A DNA stretch of 64,000 bases from an uncultured Prevotella sp. GTDB lineage: Bacteria; Bacteroidota; Bacteroidia; Bacteroidales; Bacteroidaceae. Position numbers and translations under genes: made by a program. Location of the stretch: positions 5,828 to 69,827 of the forward strand of contig UQKO01000005.1 in NCBI GenBank assembly GCA_900541575.1, written 5' to 3'. Positions 39,672 through 49,367 of the stretch are shown here, piece after piece; position 1 is the stretch's first letter, and each line of letters starts with the position of its first letter. The notes under the pieces were generated by a model. It saw only the letters and a program-made list of their open reading frames with translations. It searched no databases and was not told where the DNA came from.

Positions 39672-40210
39672 AGTTTTTAGTTTTTAGGTTATGAGGTTAT
39701 AAAGTTACCTTTACTCGCTCATTTCCCAAGAACGTATAACTTATGAATTTAGATTCTCTGCAAATTTATATTTCAGTCCTCTGATAAGTTTCGCAACAAA
39801 CTCAAAAGCGGGTTTCAAGGACTCAATTTCCTCAAGTGGAAAATAATCCAAGTCAGAGCCTACCACCAGTTGATTATAAACTTCAGCTAATGAGCCATAG
39901 GCTATTTCAAGGAAATGAATTTTCTCTTTGTAGGAAAAACGTGCGCTTCCTTCTGCTATATTCGACGTAACAGATATCATAGCACGTCTTATTTGATTGC
40001 CTAATGCGTACCTCTCATAATCGGGCAACCGAAGGGTGAACTGATAGACTATTTTTGTTAACAGCCTTGCCTCTTGCCACACCTTGAGCCCTTCGAATGA
40101 GAACAGAGAGTCTGATTTTTGCATTTGTGTTAATTATTGGAGATTAGATAGAGAAGTTATAATAAGGCTTAAGGTAACTTTATAACCTTATAACCTCAAA
40201 ACTTCAAACT
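39672..40210. mobile_element. Intervening-sequence-like cassette: 40-bp inverted repeats enclosing a four-helix-bundle gene
   Basis: 39672-39711 and 40171-40210 are reverse complements at 36/40 positions. Confidence 0.7.
39741..40124 (-). CDS. Four-helix bundle protein (23S rRNA IVS protein / TIGR02436-like)
   Basis: FEGLKVWQ, ERYALGNQIRRAMISVTSNIAEG and FLEIAYGSLAEV motifs. Confidence 0.92.
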   Translation of the reverse strand: MQKSDSLFSFEGLKVWQEARLLTKIVYQFTLRLPDYERYALGNQIRRAMISVTSNIAEGSARFSYKEKIHFLEIAYGSLAEVYNQLVVGSDLDYFPLEEIESLKPAFEFVAKLIRGLKYKFAENLNS

Positions 40211-40215
40211 CCTCA

Positions 40216-41964
40216 TCATCTATCAATATCAGGCACCACATAGTCCACCGTACCGCCGATTGTGATCAAGTCGGCAAGCATATTGCCACGGCAAGCGGTA
40301 TCCATCACGGCTACGAGGGGCAAACCTGTAGAGCGGTAGTGCAAGCGGTAAGGACTCTTATCGCCCTTGCTCTCGATAAATACCCCCATGCGGCCACGGC
40401 TACCTTCCACTTCGCTGAAGAAAGTACCCACAGGAAGCTTGATGATAGGCTTCATCTTCTCCTGATAGCTGCCTTCGGGAATATTGTCGATGAGTTGCTC
40501 TATGATATTGAGACTCTCTAAGATTTCATCCATACGGATCATGTAACGAGCGAAGCTATCGCCCTCTGTACGTACCACCTCGTTGAACTGTACGCGGTCG
40601 TAAGCAGCGTAAGGACGAATCTTACGCAAGTCGTTGTGCCATCCTGAAGCACGTCCTGTACCCCCCGTACAACCAAAGGATATCACCTGCTCCTTAGTGA
40701 GCACGCCTACCCCCTTCGAACGGTTTTGGAAAATCACGTTGCCAGTGAAGATATCGTGGTATTCCTTGATATTCTTACGCATGGTTGTGATAAATTCCTT
40801 CACACGCTTCTGGAAGTTGGGGTGGATATCATAAGTCACACCGCCGATGGTGTTGTAATTCAGGATCAAGCGTCCGCCGCAAGTTTCCTCGAAGATGTCG
40901 AGAATCTTCTCACGATCGCGGAATGCATAGAGGAAGGCGGTGGTTGCACCGAGGTCCTGACACAGACAGCCAAAGAAAAGAATGTGAGAGTCAATACGCT
41001 GGAGTTCGTCCATGATGGTACGGATCACCTTCACTCTGTCGCTCACCTCTACGCCCATGGCCTGTTCGATACACATACACAATGCGTGACGATTCTGCAT
41101 TGCACCGAGATAGTCCAAACGGTCGGTCAGAGCCAACGTCTGCGGATAAGTCATCTTCTCGCTAATCTTCTCCACGCCACGGTGGATATAGCCCAAGATG
41201 GGGTCTACCTTGCGGATAGTCTCACCCTCGAGGTCAACGCGGAAGTGGAGCACACCGTGAGTAGAGGGGTGCTGCGGACCAATGTTCACCACATAGTCGT
41301 CATCGCCGAAGATCTGATGCTCAACCTTTTGGATCGAGCCATCCTGCTGGAGCTGATATTCATAAGTCACGTCGGCCAACGGTTCGTTGGTCATATGCTG
41401 CGGATCGAAGGGATTGTCCTTCTCGGGATCGTTATCCTTACGGAAAGGATAGCCCACCCAATCTTCGCGCATAAAGAGACGACGCATGTCGGGATGGTTG
41501 GTAAAGATGATGCCATAGTAGTCGAACACTTCGCGTTCGTATACATTGGCAATATCCCAAAGGTCGCTCACCGAGGGAATCATCGGATTCTCGCGATCCA
41601 TCACGACGCACTTTACGCAAGCCTGCTTGTGGTTGATGGTATTTTCGAGTTGGTAGACCACACCGATACCATCTTCCATCCAGTCCTCACCCACGAGGTT
41701 GAGCAGGAAGTCCATGCCCTCTTCGTCGTGTAAGCGCTTCATCTCAGCGTGCAGATTGGCAGCTTCGATAAGGGTAGGCTTCAGTTCGTTTACGGCAGGC
41801 TTAGCAGGAGCTGCTGCCGGACGTGCGGCGGCAGGACGAGCCACGGCAGGCTTTGTTCCTGCTGCAGGTGCAGCGGGCTGCTGTGCCTGGGCTGCTGCGG
41901 GTGCTGCAGGCTTCTGTGCCTCAGCGCCCTGCTCTTTAGCTGTAGGATTCAATTCTTCGCTCAT
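40216..41964 (-). CDS. nuoCD: NADH-quinone oxidoreductase fused subunit C/D
   Basis: [28 protein letters not shown] and GYIHRG motifs, terminal DIDR; Ala/Pro-rich N-terminal extension. Confidence 0.96.
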   Translation of the reverse strand: MSEELNPTAKEQGAEAQKPAAPAAAQAQQPAAPAAGTKPAVARPAAARPAAAPAKPAVNELKPTLIEAANLHAEMKRLHDEEGMDFLLNLVGEDWMEDGIGVVYQLENTINHKQACVKCVVMDRENPMIPSVSDLWDIANVYEREVFDYYGIIFTNHPDMRRLFMREDWVGYPFRKDNDPEKDNPFDPQHMTNEPLADVTYEYQLQQDGSIQKVEHQIFGDDDYVVNIGPQHPSTHGVLHFRVDLEGETIRKVDPILGYIHRGVEKISEKMTYPQTLALTDRLDYLGAMQNRHALCMCIEQAMGVEVSDRVKVIRTIMDELQRIDSHILFFGCLCQDLGATTAFLYAFRDREKILDIFEETCGGRLILNYNTIGGVTYDIHPNFQKRVKEFITTMRKNIKEYHDIFTGNVIFQNRSKGVGVLTKEQVISFGCTGGTGRASGWHNDLRKIRPYAAYDRVQFNEVVRTEGDSFARYMIRMDEILESLNIIEQLIDNIPEGSYQEKMKPIIKLPVGTFFSEVEGSRGRMGVFIESKGDKSPYRLHYRSTGLPLVAVMDTACRGNMLADLITIGGTVDYVVPDIDR

Positions 41965-42596
41965 GCCTCTTCTTCCTGTTTATAAATGGTTTCTTCTTTT
42001 TCTTCGGCAGCAATCTTGAAGGGATCCTTCTGCTTGCGGTTAGTTGTACCGAAGAAGTTTTCTACTTTCACAATACGCTGCAACTGCATCATACCATAAA
42101 GGAATGCTTCGGGGCGGGGAGGACATCCAGGTACGTATACGTCGACGGGAATAATCTTGTCCACACCATTGAGCACGTGGTATGACTTCGTAAACGGTCC
42201 GCCCGAGATAGAGCAACCGCCGATAGCTACTACATACTTTGGATCGGCCATCTGGTCGTAGAGGCGACGGAGCACCGGTGCCATCTTTGTGGTGATTGTA
42301 CCACATACCAGAATCACGTCGGCCTGACGAGGTGAGTTTCGTGTCACCTCAAATCCAAAACGAGCAATATCGTAACGTGCAGCACACACGGCCATGAATT
42401 CGATACCACAGCATGAGGTAGCGAATGTTAGCGGCCAAAGAGAGTTAGAACGGCCCCAGTCGATGAGGTCGTCGAGCTTGCGCACAATGATATTCGCGCC
42501 GCCCGCATTGAGTTCTTCAACGAGCTTTTCGTAAGTTTCGTTGTCCTTGAATTCCTCGTAAGGAATCGACTTAATTTTTGCTCTTTTCATTGCCAT
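41961..42596 (-). CDS. nuoB: NADH-quinone oxidoreductase subunit B
   Basis: SCCGIE, SPRQAD and PGCPPRPE motifs; start overlaps the nuoA stop. Confidence 0.96.
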   Translation of the reverse strand: MAMKRAKIKSIPYEEFKDNETYEKLVEELNAGGANIIVRKLDDLIDWGRSNSLWPLTFATSCCGIEFMAVCAARYDIARFGFEVTRNSPRQADVILVCGTITTKMAPVLRRLYDQMADPKYVVAIGGCSISGGPFTKSYHVLNGVDKIIPVDVYVPGCPPRPEAFLYGMMQLQRIVKVENFFGTTNRKQKDPFKIAAEEKEETIYKQEEEA

Positions 42597-42937
42597 TTCA
42601 ACGCTCCTTTCCTCCAGGCATATGCTAAGCCTAGAACTAATATAAACAGAAAGAAGAGCACGCTCAGCAATCCAGCAGGACCGAATGAGCGCATCACGAC
42701 GGCCCAAGGGAAGAGGAACATCGTTTCAACGTCGAACATCAGGAAAAGGATGGCAAAGAGGTAGTAACCTATGCGGAACTGCATCCATGAGCGTCCACGA
42801 GTAGGGATACCACATTCATAAGCTTCCTCCTTCTGAGCGTTGTAGCTTCGCGGCGAAATCAGCTTAGCCAAAATCGTCACTACGCCTACGAACGCCAACC
42901 CTGTCAGCAATGCAGTGACAAATAAGGTAAAGTTCAT
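42587..42937 (-). CDS. nuoA: NADH-quinone oxidoreductase subunit A
   Basis: YECG, FLMFDVE and WRKGALKW motifs. Confidence 0.96.
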   Translation of the reverse strand: MNFTLFVTALLTGLAFVGVVTILAKLISPRSYNAQKEEAYECGIPTRGRSWMQFRIGYYLFAILFLMFDVETMFLFPWAVVMRSFGPAGLLSVLFFLFILVLGLAYAWRKGALKWQ

Positions 42938-43269
42938 AGCTCTTTAAATGTTATTGTTAATAATGTTATTTATTTCGCTTTTTGTCTCAGGCTTCGCTTG
43001 TCAGGAAACTATCACTTATCTAGCTCCACGCTTTGCATTTCCGCCCTAAGACACCTGCTTCCAACGTCACCTACGATTCCAAGAGTCTTGCCTGTGTGCA
43101 AGACGAAAAGTCCGCACTATCTAGGGCATAGGGCACCCTGACGTGCGGACACAAAAAATCAGCGAACGGACACACTTGTCCGCCGCTTGCAGTTGATTTT
43201 TACCAGTTGTACACTCCATGAGCGCACTCACATAGCAGCCCTTGTTCACGTTGTTTCGTCTTTTGCGAG

Positions 43270-43410
43270 TGCAAAGTTAGTGCAAGGCGAGCGAAGGACA
43301 AAGGAAAAAACTTGTTTTTTGCTTTTCTCTTCCGAGCCACAACCTAACTTGCACAAAGTAAAAGTTTGCGCAAGACGAGCGAGAAACAAGGGAAAAACTT
43401 GTTTTTGATT
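43270..43410. repeat. Diverged family A-like units starting at a minus-strand -7 box (TAACTTTGCA) upstream of nuoA
   Basis: TGCAAAGTTAGTGCAAGGCGAGCG...CCGAGCCACAACCTAACTTGCACAAAG, then a second truncated unit. Confidence 0.55.
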
Positions 43411-43503
43411 CAAGCTTTCTCTAAAGAAAGTCGTTTCCTTATCTCGCGGGCATGTGGTTGGGAATACTCATCTTCATTTCGGATTTAGTCAAGGCGGGCT
43501 GAA
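43408..43503. repeat. Dispersed 96-bp repeat (family B), copy 2
   Basis: Matches 7487-7582. Confidence 0.9.
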
Positions 43504-43508
43504 TTATC

Positions 43509-43565
43509 GTGCAAGTCGAATGCAATCAAGCTTGCTTGAATTGCTGAGACGCAGCCGATAATGGC
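43509..43565. repeat. Diverged copy of repeat family A
   Basis: GTGCAAGTCGAATGCAATCAAGCTTGCTTGAATTGCTGAGACGCAGCC. Confidence 0.75.
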
Positions 43566-43655
43566 GATAAAAGCTCGCTGAAGTTAAAAGCGAAACTTGG
43601 AATAATTATCTCTACATGGGCATTCAAGTTACGCGAAAAAGCCGTTCATGTTATC

Positions 43656-43740
43656 GTCCTTCGGTCGAAGGACGCATGTCCTTCGGTCGAGGGACGCATG
43701 TCCTTCGGTCGGGGGACGCATGTCCTTCGGTCGAGGGACG
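43656..43740. repeat. 4 x 22-bp tandem palindromic repeat
   Basis: GTCCTTCGGTCGA(A/G)GGACGCAT-type units at 43656, 43678, 43700 and 43722. Confidence 0.95.
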
Positions 43741-44242
43741 ATGACTTAGATAACGTTCTAAGAAAACTTCAACGGCCTTTTAGTCTAACAACAATATACT
43801 TTAAGAGGACACTGCAACGCACTAGTTAACAACTACGATCAAAGTTTCAGATTCTGCCCGCTCAAGTTAAAACCGGAACTTGTTTTTTTGACTTTCACTT
43901 CCCCATTCTGCGGACGAATCGTCTCGTATCGGCTACACACAACAGACAACAAGTCTACTCAAAAACGAGAGCAAAGTATCTCATTCCCATAAATACACTC
44001 AATAAATCCATGATAAAGCCGACGCAAAGAACACATCGCCCACAGAACGAAATATCTTGCATCTTGTAAAAAGCACCATGCACACTTTTTTATATGCGCA
44101 CTTCAATCAATTTTACATCAATTGAAAGCTGTTGATTTTGAGATTCTTTAGTTTTTTCTTACTTTTGCAACTCAACTCATACTACTCCACCCTTGGATAC
44201 TACGTCCAATCTGCAGAACTTCACAGAAAATCAGTCAATCCA

Positions 44243-45535
44243 ATGAATCAAAAAAGAATAAACATCGTGCAGACGGCCGACGGACACAACTACTTGTGGC
44301 CCTATGTTTTAGTGACCTCTCTATTTTTCCTTTGGGGATTTGCCCATAGCATCCTCGATGTGCTCAACAAGCATTTTCAGGATACACTCGGTGTGAGCAA
44401 GACTGAGTCGGCACTAGTGCAAGCCGTGGTCTATGGGGGCTACTTTCTTATGGCCTTGCCCGCTGGTCAGATAATTCGCCGTTTGGGCTACCGAGGAGGT
44501 GTGCTCACGGGGCTTCTGCTTTATGGTATCGGTGCCTTACTATTTATCCCAGGCGGTCAACTCAATTCGTTTCCATTTTTCCTTTTCTCTCTTTTCGTTA
44601 TCGGTTGCGGACTTACTTGTTTGGAGACGGCAGCCAATCCTTACGTGACGGTTCTAGGCAATCAGCACGATGCCGAGCGCCGCATCAACCTCTCGCAGTC
44701 GTTCAACGGACTAGGTTGGATTGTTGGTCCCATCGTGGGTGGTCAATTTCTCTTTGCACAACAAGCAAACCATGCCTCCATTTCCGTTCCCTATGCCATC
44801 ATCGGCATCATAGTTCTCTTTGTAGCCGCAATCTTTGTACGAGCGAAGTTACCCGAAGTGGAAGCAACAAGCAACATTTCATCGAAAGAGTCAACCCAGC
44901 AGGGGATAAAAGAATGCACTACGAAAGATAACACACAAACGGCTGCCCACACAAAGGTAGCCCCCAGAGGTCTTTGGACTCACCGCAACTTCGTAGTGGG
45001 CATGGTAGCGCTTTTTCTCTATGTAGCAGCGCAGACAGGCATTAATAGTTTCTTTATCAACTACGTCACAGAGTTTTCAAATATGAATCGTGCTTCCGCG
45101 GCCAATCTTCTTGGGTTCGGAGCTATGGCGCTCTTCATGGTGGGCCGCATGGGCGGCAGTTGGGTTATGGCAATCGTGCAATCTGAGCGTGTACTGCTCT
45201 GTTGCGCCCTAGGAGCTATCATAGCTATGGCCATTCTTCTCACGGGAGCGGGCAGCATGGGCATCGCAGCATTTCTACTATGCTATCTATGCGAGAGCAT
45301 CATGTTTCCCACCATCTTTGCCCTAGCCCTCCGCGGTGTAGGCGAGCATACGAAGCAAGCTTCGTCGTATCTAATCATGTGTATCGTGGGGGGCGCTGTA
45401 GCTCCTTTGCTCATGGGACTCATTGCCGATTATAGCAACATGGCGCAAGCCTTCATTGTTCCCCTCGTCTGTTTCGTAGGCATTGGTCTCTATGCACTGA
45501 TGCTTCTTAAACCCTCGGCTCATGCTCAGCGATGA
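44243..45535 (+). CDS. MFS sugar permease, FucP-like
   Basis: LFFLWGFA, LETAANPYV, RINLSQSFNGLG and SIMFPTIF motifs; ATG at 44243. Confidence 0.9.
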   Translation: MNQKRINIVQTADGHNYLWPYVLVTSLFFLWGFAHSILDVLNKHFQDTLGVSKTESALVQAVVYGGYFLMALPAGQIIRRLGYRGGVLTGLLLYGIGALLFIPGGQLNSFPFFLFSLFVIGCGLTCLETAANPYVTVLGNQHDAERRINLSQSFNGLGWIVGPIVGGQFLFAQQANHASISVPYAIIGIIVLFVAAIFVRAKLPEVEATSNISSKESTQQGIKECTTKDNTQTAAHTKVAPRGLWTHRNFVVGMVALFLYVAAQTGINSFFINYVTEFSNMNRASAANLLGFGAMALFMVGRMGGSWVMAIVQSERVLLCCALGAIIAMAILLTGAGSMGIAAFLLCYLCESIMFPTIFALALRGVGEHTKQASSYLIMCIVGGAVAPLLMGLIADYSNMAQAFIVPLVCFVGIGLYALMLLKPSAHAQR

Positions 45536-46970
45536 AATAAAAGCACTCATTGCAAAGCAGTTTAGCTTCGCCCTCACGCCGGGGCAACAACGCGCAGCCT
45601 TGCTTCTCTCCCACTTTATCTGCACCCCAAAAGCTGATGCGGCTTGCATCTTGCGCGGCTACGCGGGCACGGGCAAGACGTCGCTCGTAGGTGCACTGGT
45701 TAAAGTAATGCGAATGCTCAAGCGCGAAGTTGTGCTCCTTGCACCCACAGGGCGTGCAGCCAAGGTTTTCTCCCACCACGCTGGCGAAGCGGCCTATACC
45801 ATTCATCGCATAATCTACCGCCAACAGACATTCCAAGGAGAAAGCACACGATTTTCCCTGGGCTATAACAAACTGCGCCATGCGCTCTTCATCGTTGACG
45901 AGGCTTCCATGTTGAGTAGCGGCACAGGCTCTATGGGGCAATCACTCTTTGGAACGGGTGAACTTCTCGATGATCTTATCCGTTATGTCTATTCGGGCGA
46001 AGGTTGTCGACTGCTCATGGTGGGCGACACGGCTCAATTACCTCCCGTAGGAGAGGAGGATAGTCCGGCGCTAAGCGATGATGTGCTTCGTGGCTATGGA
46101 TTACTCGTAGGTAGCGCCGACCTTACAGAAGTGGTGCGTCAGAAAAGCCAGAGCGATGTGCTCAGCGGAGCCACGCTTTTGCGTACATTGCTTACAGAAG
46201 AATTCAATGGCATACCCCCTATTCATACAGACAGGCATGGCGAGGTGCGTGCACTGCCAGGCACAGAACTCATCGAGAGCCTTGTGAGCGACTATCAAGA
46301 ATTTGGTTCGGACGAGGTGATTGTCGTGACACGCTCTAACAAACGTGCCAATATATACAACGAAGGCATTCGATCGCGCATATTCGATCGTGAAGACGAA
46401 CTCACCCGAGGCGATTTGATTATGGTTGTAAAGAATAATTACTTTTGGACAGCGCAACTAGCCAAGACGCTTCAAAAGGACGAAACTCTACCCTTTAATT
46501 TTATTGCCAACGGCGACACGGCGGAAGTGATTCGGGTGCGCAATGTACACGAGCAATATGGATTTCGTTTTGCCGATGCCACACTACGTTTCCCCGATTA
46601 TGCCGACTTCGAAATGGATTGTCGTCTACTGCTCTCCACGCTCAAGAGTGAATCGCCATCGCTTACACGCGAGGAAAACGAACAACTCTACGAACGCATT
46701 CTGTCTGACTACCAGCACATCCCCACCAAGCGCGACCGACTCAAAGCACTGCGTCAAGATTCTTACTACAACGCACTGCAAATAAAATATGCCTATGCAG
46801 TGACTTGCCATAAAGCACAAGGCGGACAATGGGCGCGCGTCTACGTGGACCAAGGGTTCGTGCCTGCCGATGATGCAGGAGGCCCCTATCTACGCTGGCT
46901 CTACACCGCTTTTACTCGCACCACAGAGCGCGTATATTTGATTAATTGGAAAACAAACGAAGAGGATTAA
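45522..46970 (+). CDS. RecD-like SF1B DNA helicase
   Basis: GYAGTGKT, APTGRAA, VDEASM, GDTAQLPPV, YAVTCHKAQG and LYTAFTR motifs. Confidence 0.92.
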   Translation: MLSDEIKALIAKQFSFALTPGQQRAALLLSHFICTPKADAACILRGYAGTGKTSLVGALVKVMRMLKREVVLLAPTGRAAKVFSHHAGEAAYTIHRIIYRQQTFQGESTRFSLGYNKLRHALFIVDEASMLSSGTGSMGQSLFGTGELLDDLIRYVYSGEGCRLLMVGDTAQLPPVGEEDSPALSDDVLRGYGLLVGSADLTEVVRQKSQSDVLSGATLLRTLLTEEFNGIPPIHTDRHGEVRALPGTELIESLVSDYQEFGSDEVIVVTRSNKRANIYNEGIRSRIFDREDELTRGDLIMVVKNNYFWTAQLAKTLQKDETLPFNFIANGDTAEVIRVRNVHEQYGFRFADATLRFPDYADFEMDCRLLLSTLKSESPSLTREENEQLYERILSDYQHIPTKRDRLKALRQDSYYNALQIKYAYAVTCHKAQGGQWARVYVDQGFVPADDAGGPYLRWLYTAFTRTTERVYLINWKTNEED

Positions 46971-47178
46971 CAAAGGTTTCAGTTTCTTGAAGTTTCACCT
47001 CTTTTACATTACTTCTCCACGACAAAAGTTCTCCTCCTTTATTGCCACTGGCGTAACCTCAATATTCCACCCTACGTAACTTTCTGCGAAAAGGAACACT
47101 TCCTCACCCAAGCAAGCGCTTCTAGCCACGCAAACGAAAAAAGCATCCATCGCAATCAATCAACCATAAAATATATTC

Positions 47179-47862
47179 ATGTACGCTATTATCATCAACG
47201 CTATTGCCGTCATCGTGGGCAGTGCCATTGGAGCACTGTTTAAACGTGGTATTAAAGAAAAGTATATCACCGTGCTCAACACGGCCATGGGGCTCTGTGC
47301 CATCGCCCTCGGTCTGAATGTAGCCATCGAAAGTATGCAGAAGACCCACTATCCCGCCCTATTCATCTTCTGCCTCTCTATCGGCGGACTGGTGGGCACA
47401 CTGCTCAAAATGGACCAACGCATGGAACGTGCTACACGCCGCATCTCCACCACCAACCTTTCCGAAGGTATCACCACGAGTATTCTCCTTTGCTGCGTTG
47501 GCACACTCGCCATGATGGGTCCCGTAATGAGTGCCCTCTACGATGACAACACCTACCTTATGACTGCTGCTACACTCAATCTCGTCACCATGATTGTGGT
47601 GGCTTCTTCCTATGGTTTTTGGGTAATGTTCACCTCCGTTGCTGTGTTTCTCTGGATGTCAATTATCTATGGCATTGCCCTCTTGTCAAGATCATTCATC
47701 TCCGAAGAACTCATCGCCGAAGTTTCCCTTGTCGGCGGTATTCTCATCACCGCCTCAGGGTTGGGTGTGCTCCACATTAAGGATTGTAAAACAATCAATC
47801 TTCTTCCTTCACTTCTCGTCCCTATCGTGTTTTTCGCACTAAAAGCCATTTTTTCCTTTTAA
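47179..47862 (+). CDS. DUF554 family membrane protein
   Basis: IINAIAVIVGSAIG, CVGTLAMMG and INLLPSL motifs. Confidence 0.85.
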   Translation: MYAIIINAIAVIVGSAIGALFKRGIKEKYITVLNTAMGLCAIALGLNVAIESMQKTHYPALFIFCLSIGGLVGTLLKMDQRMERATRRISTTNLSEGITTSILLCCVGTLAMMGPVMSALYDDNTYLMTAATLNLVTMIVVASSYGFWVMFTSVAVFLWMSIIYGIALLSRSFISEELIAEVSLVGGILITASGLGVLHIKDCKTINLLPSLLVPIVFFALKAIFSF

Positions 47863-47871
47863 CGAGGAATT

Positions 47872-47952
47872 TAACAATAAAAGATGGCGCTAGGGAATCA
47901 GAGCAGTTCAAATGTAACTACTTTGATTCCCTAGCGCCATCTTTTATTGTTA
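47872..47952. terminator. Long bidirectional hairpin between convergent genes
   Basis: TAACAATAAAAGATGGCGCTAGGGAATCA...TGATTCCCTAGCGCCATCTTTTATTGTTA. Confidence 0.8.
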
Positions 47953-47981
47953 TAAGAAAGAGCTAACTATTTACTAAGGCA

Positions 47982-48782
47982 TTATTCATTATCGCCGAGG
48001 ATCTGTTGCGCTTCTCCCCAATTACTGATAACATACATCTCATAAGCCGATTGAGGCACTTGAAGAATAATATGATTATCAGAGGAAAATATGACATATT
48101 GCGCAATAAGCGGATATTCGCTCTCACTAATTAAGTTGCAGGTAGAGACTGTACCCATACCTAGAAAAGCGCCCCCACCAATCTGCTTAACTGATGCAGG
48201 AATACGCAAATGACGCAATCGAATGCATCCGTTAAAAGCAAGATCCCCCACAGACTTCACCGCATTAGGCACATTTATCTCCTCTAAAGCAGAGCATCCA
48301 CTGAAAGCTTCTGCCCCTATTTTACAAATAGTATCTGGCAAATACAGACGTTTTAGGCTCTTACAATCTCTAAACATACAGTTCCCCACAACATTATTAA
48401 CCATGTAGCATACAGATTTTTTGCGATAGTACAATCCACCATCAGCCACCAATTGAGCCTCACGCAAATCGACATACGCTAATTTGCCATTCGTAGCCTT
48501 TCCATCTACATCACATCCCGCCATGTCTCTTATGAGTGCTACATCGCTACTACCCACTACACCCGTCAGTTTTAAACTTGTGACTTTATATTTCAAATGT
48601 TCCCCTATAAGCTTGACAAGTTGCCCTGGGTACTCTATGTGTAGCTCTATTCGACCATTATGAGTAGCAAGAATGGGCATTCGCATCTGCATAATCAATA
48701 GAAGCAGAAGTATATAAAAACGGCTATGTAGACTTTTCACCTCGTGTTTTCGTATCGGCTTTAGAAATTTAAACGTCGGCAT
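47982..48782 (-). CDS. BspA-type leucine-rich repeat protein
   Basis: F..C.SL..I.LP....IG..AF repeats; start uncertain. Confidence 0.85.
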   Translation of the reverse strand: MPTFKFLKPIRKHEVKSLHSRFYILLLLLIMQMRMPILATHNGRIELHIEYPGQLVKLIGEHLKYKVTSLKLTGVVGSSDVALIRDMAGCDVDGKATNGKLAYVDLREAQLVADGGLYYRKKSVCYMVNNVVGNCMFRDCKSLKRLYLPDTICKIGAEAFSGCSALEEINVPNAVKSVGDLAFNGCIRLRHLRIPASVKQIGGGAFLGMGTVSTCNLISESEYPLIAQYVIFSSDNHIILQVPQSAYEMYVISNWGEAQQILGDNE

Positions 48783-48859
48783 ATTTAATCTGTGGCTAAT
48801 TCTGCAAGTTCCCCAAGCAGTCTACCCTTTAATATATTAGAAACTATGCTATATACGGA

Positions 48860-49130
48860 AAAAGCGCGGGAACTTATATAGCCACTCGTCCCACGTGTAT
48901 AGGTCTTCGCATCACCCTTTCAGTTTGAAACGAGCAACGCAAAGAAACCCACGCCGATATGATTTATTTTCAGCACCTAAGCATTCATAACAAACCTCTA
49001 CTCTAAGAGATTCACCTCTTAGAACATGGATGCACGAATGGCTTGCATACTTTAAAATACATACCCATGGGCATCTATCGTTGCCTTGTCTCGAAACTGA
49101 ATCTGAAGTTGCGAAGTTCATACACGTCGA
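48860..49130 (-). ncRNA. Candidate structured 5' leader RNA
   Basis: Long imperfect duplex 48893-48953 / 49066-49127; promoter TTTG-N19-TATATTTG at about 49216-49246 on the minus strand. Confidence 0.5.
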
Positions 49131-49367
49131 AACAATGCGTCAATAAACGCCTTTCCATATACGAACCCTACACCTCCCTCTTGAAAAATCAAGACTTCGG
49201 CGAATGTTTCATCGGCAAATATACGCACTTTTTATAGTTCTACAAACTTTTTTTAAAACAAAGATGCAAAGAACTACGTGCAAATGTACCAAAACAAACA
49301 TAGCAGTGCTCTCACGAAAATTAATCGCTTCATAAAAGCACTGCTAGACATATATATAATAAGAATT

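Noticed and set aside
39741..40124. Diversity-generating retroelement (Avd-like gene)
   Set aside because: No reverse transcriptase and no TR/VR pair with adenine-specific differences seen in the window
40726..41733. 335-aa plus-strand ORF
   Set aside because: Antisense shadow of nuoCD
43656..43740. Mini-CRISPR
   Set aside because: 22-bp units are directly adjacent with no spacers
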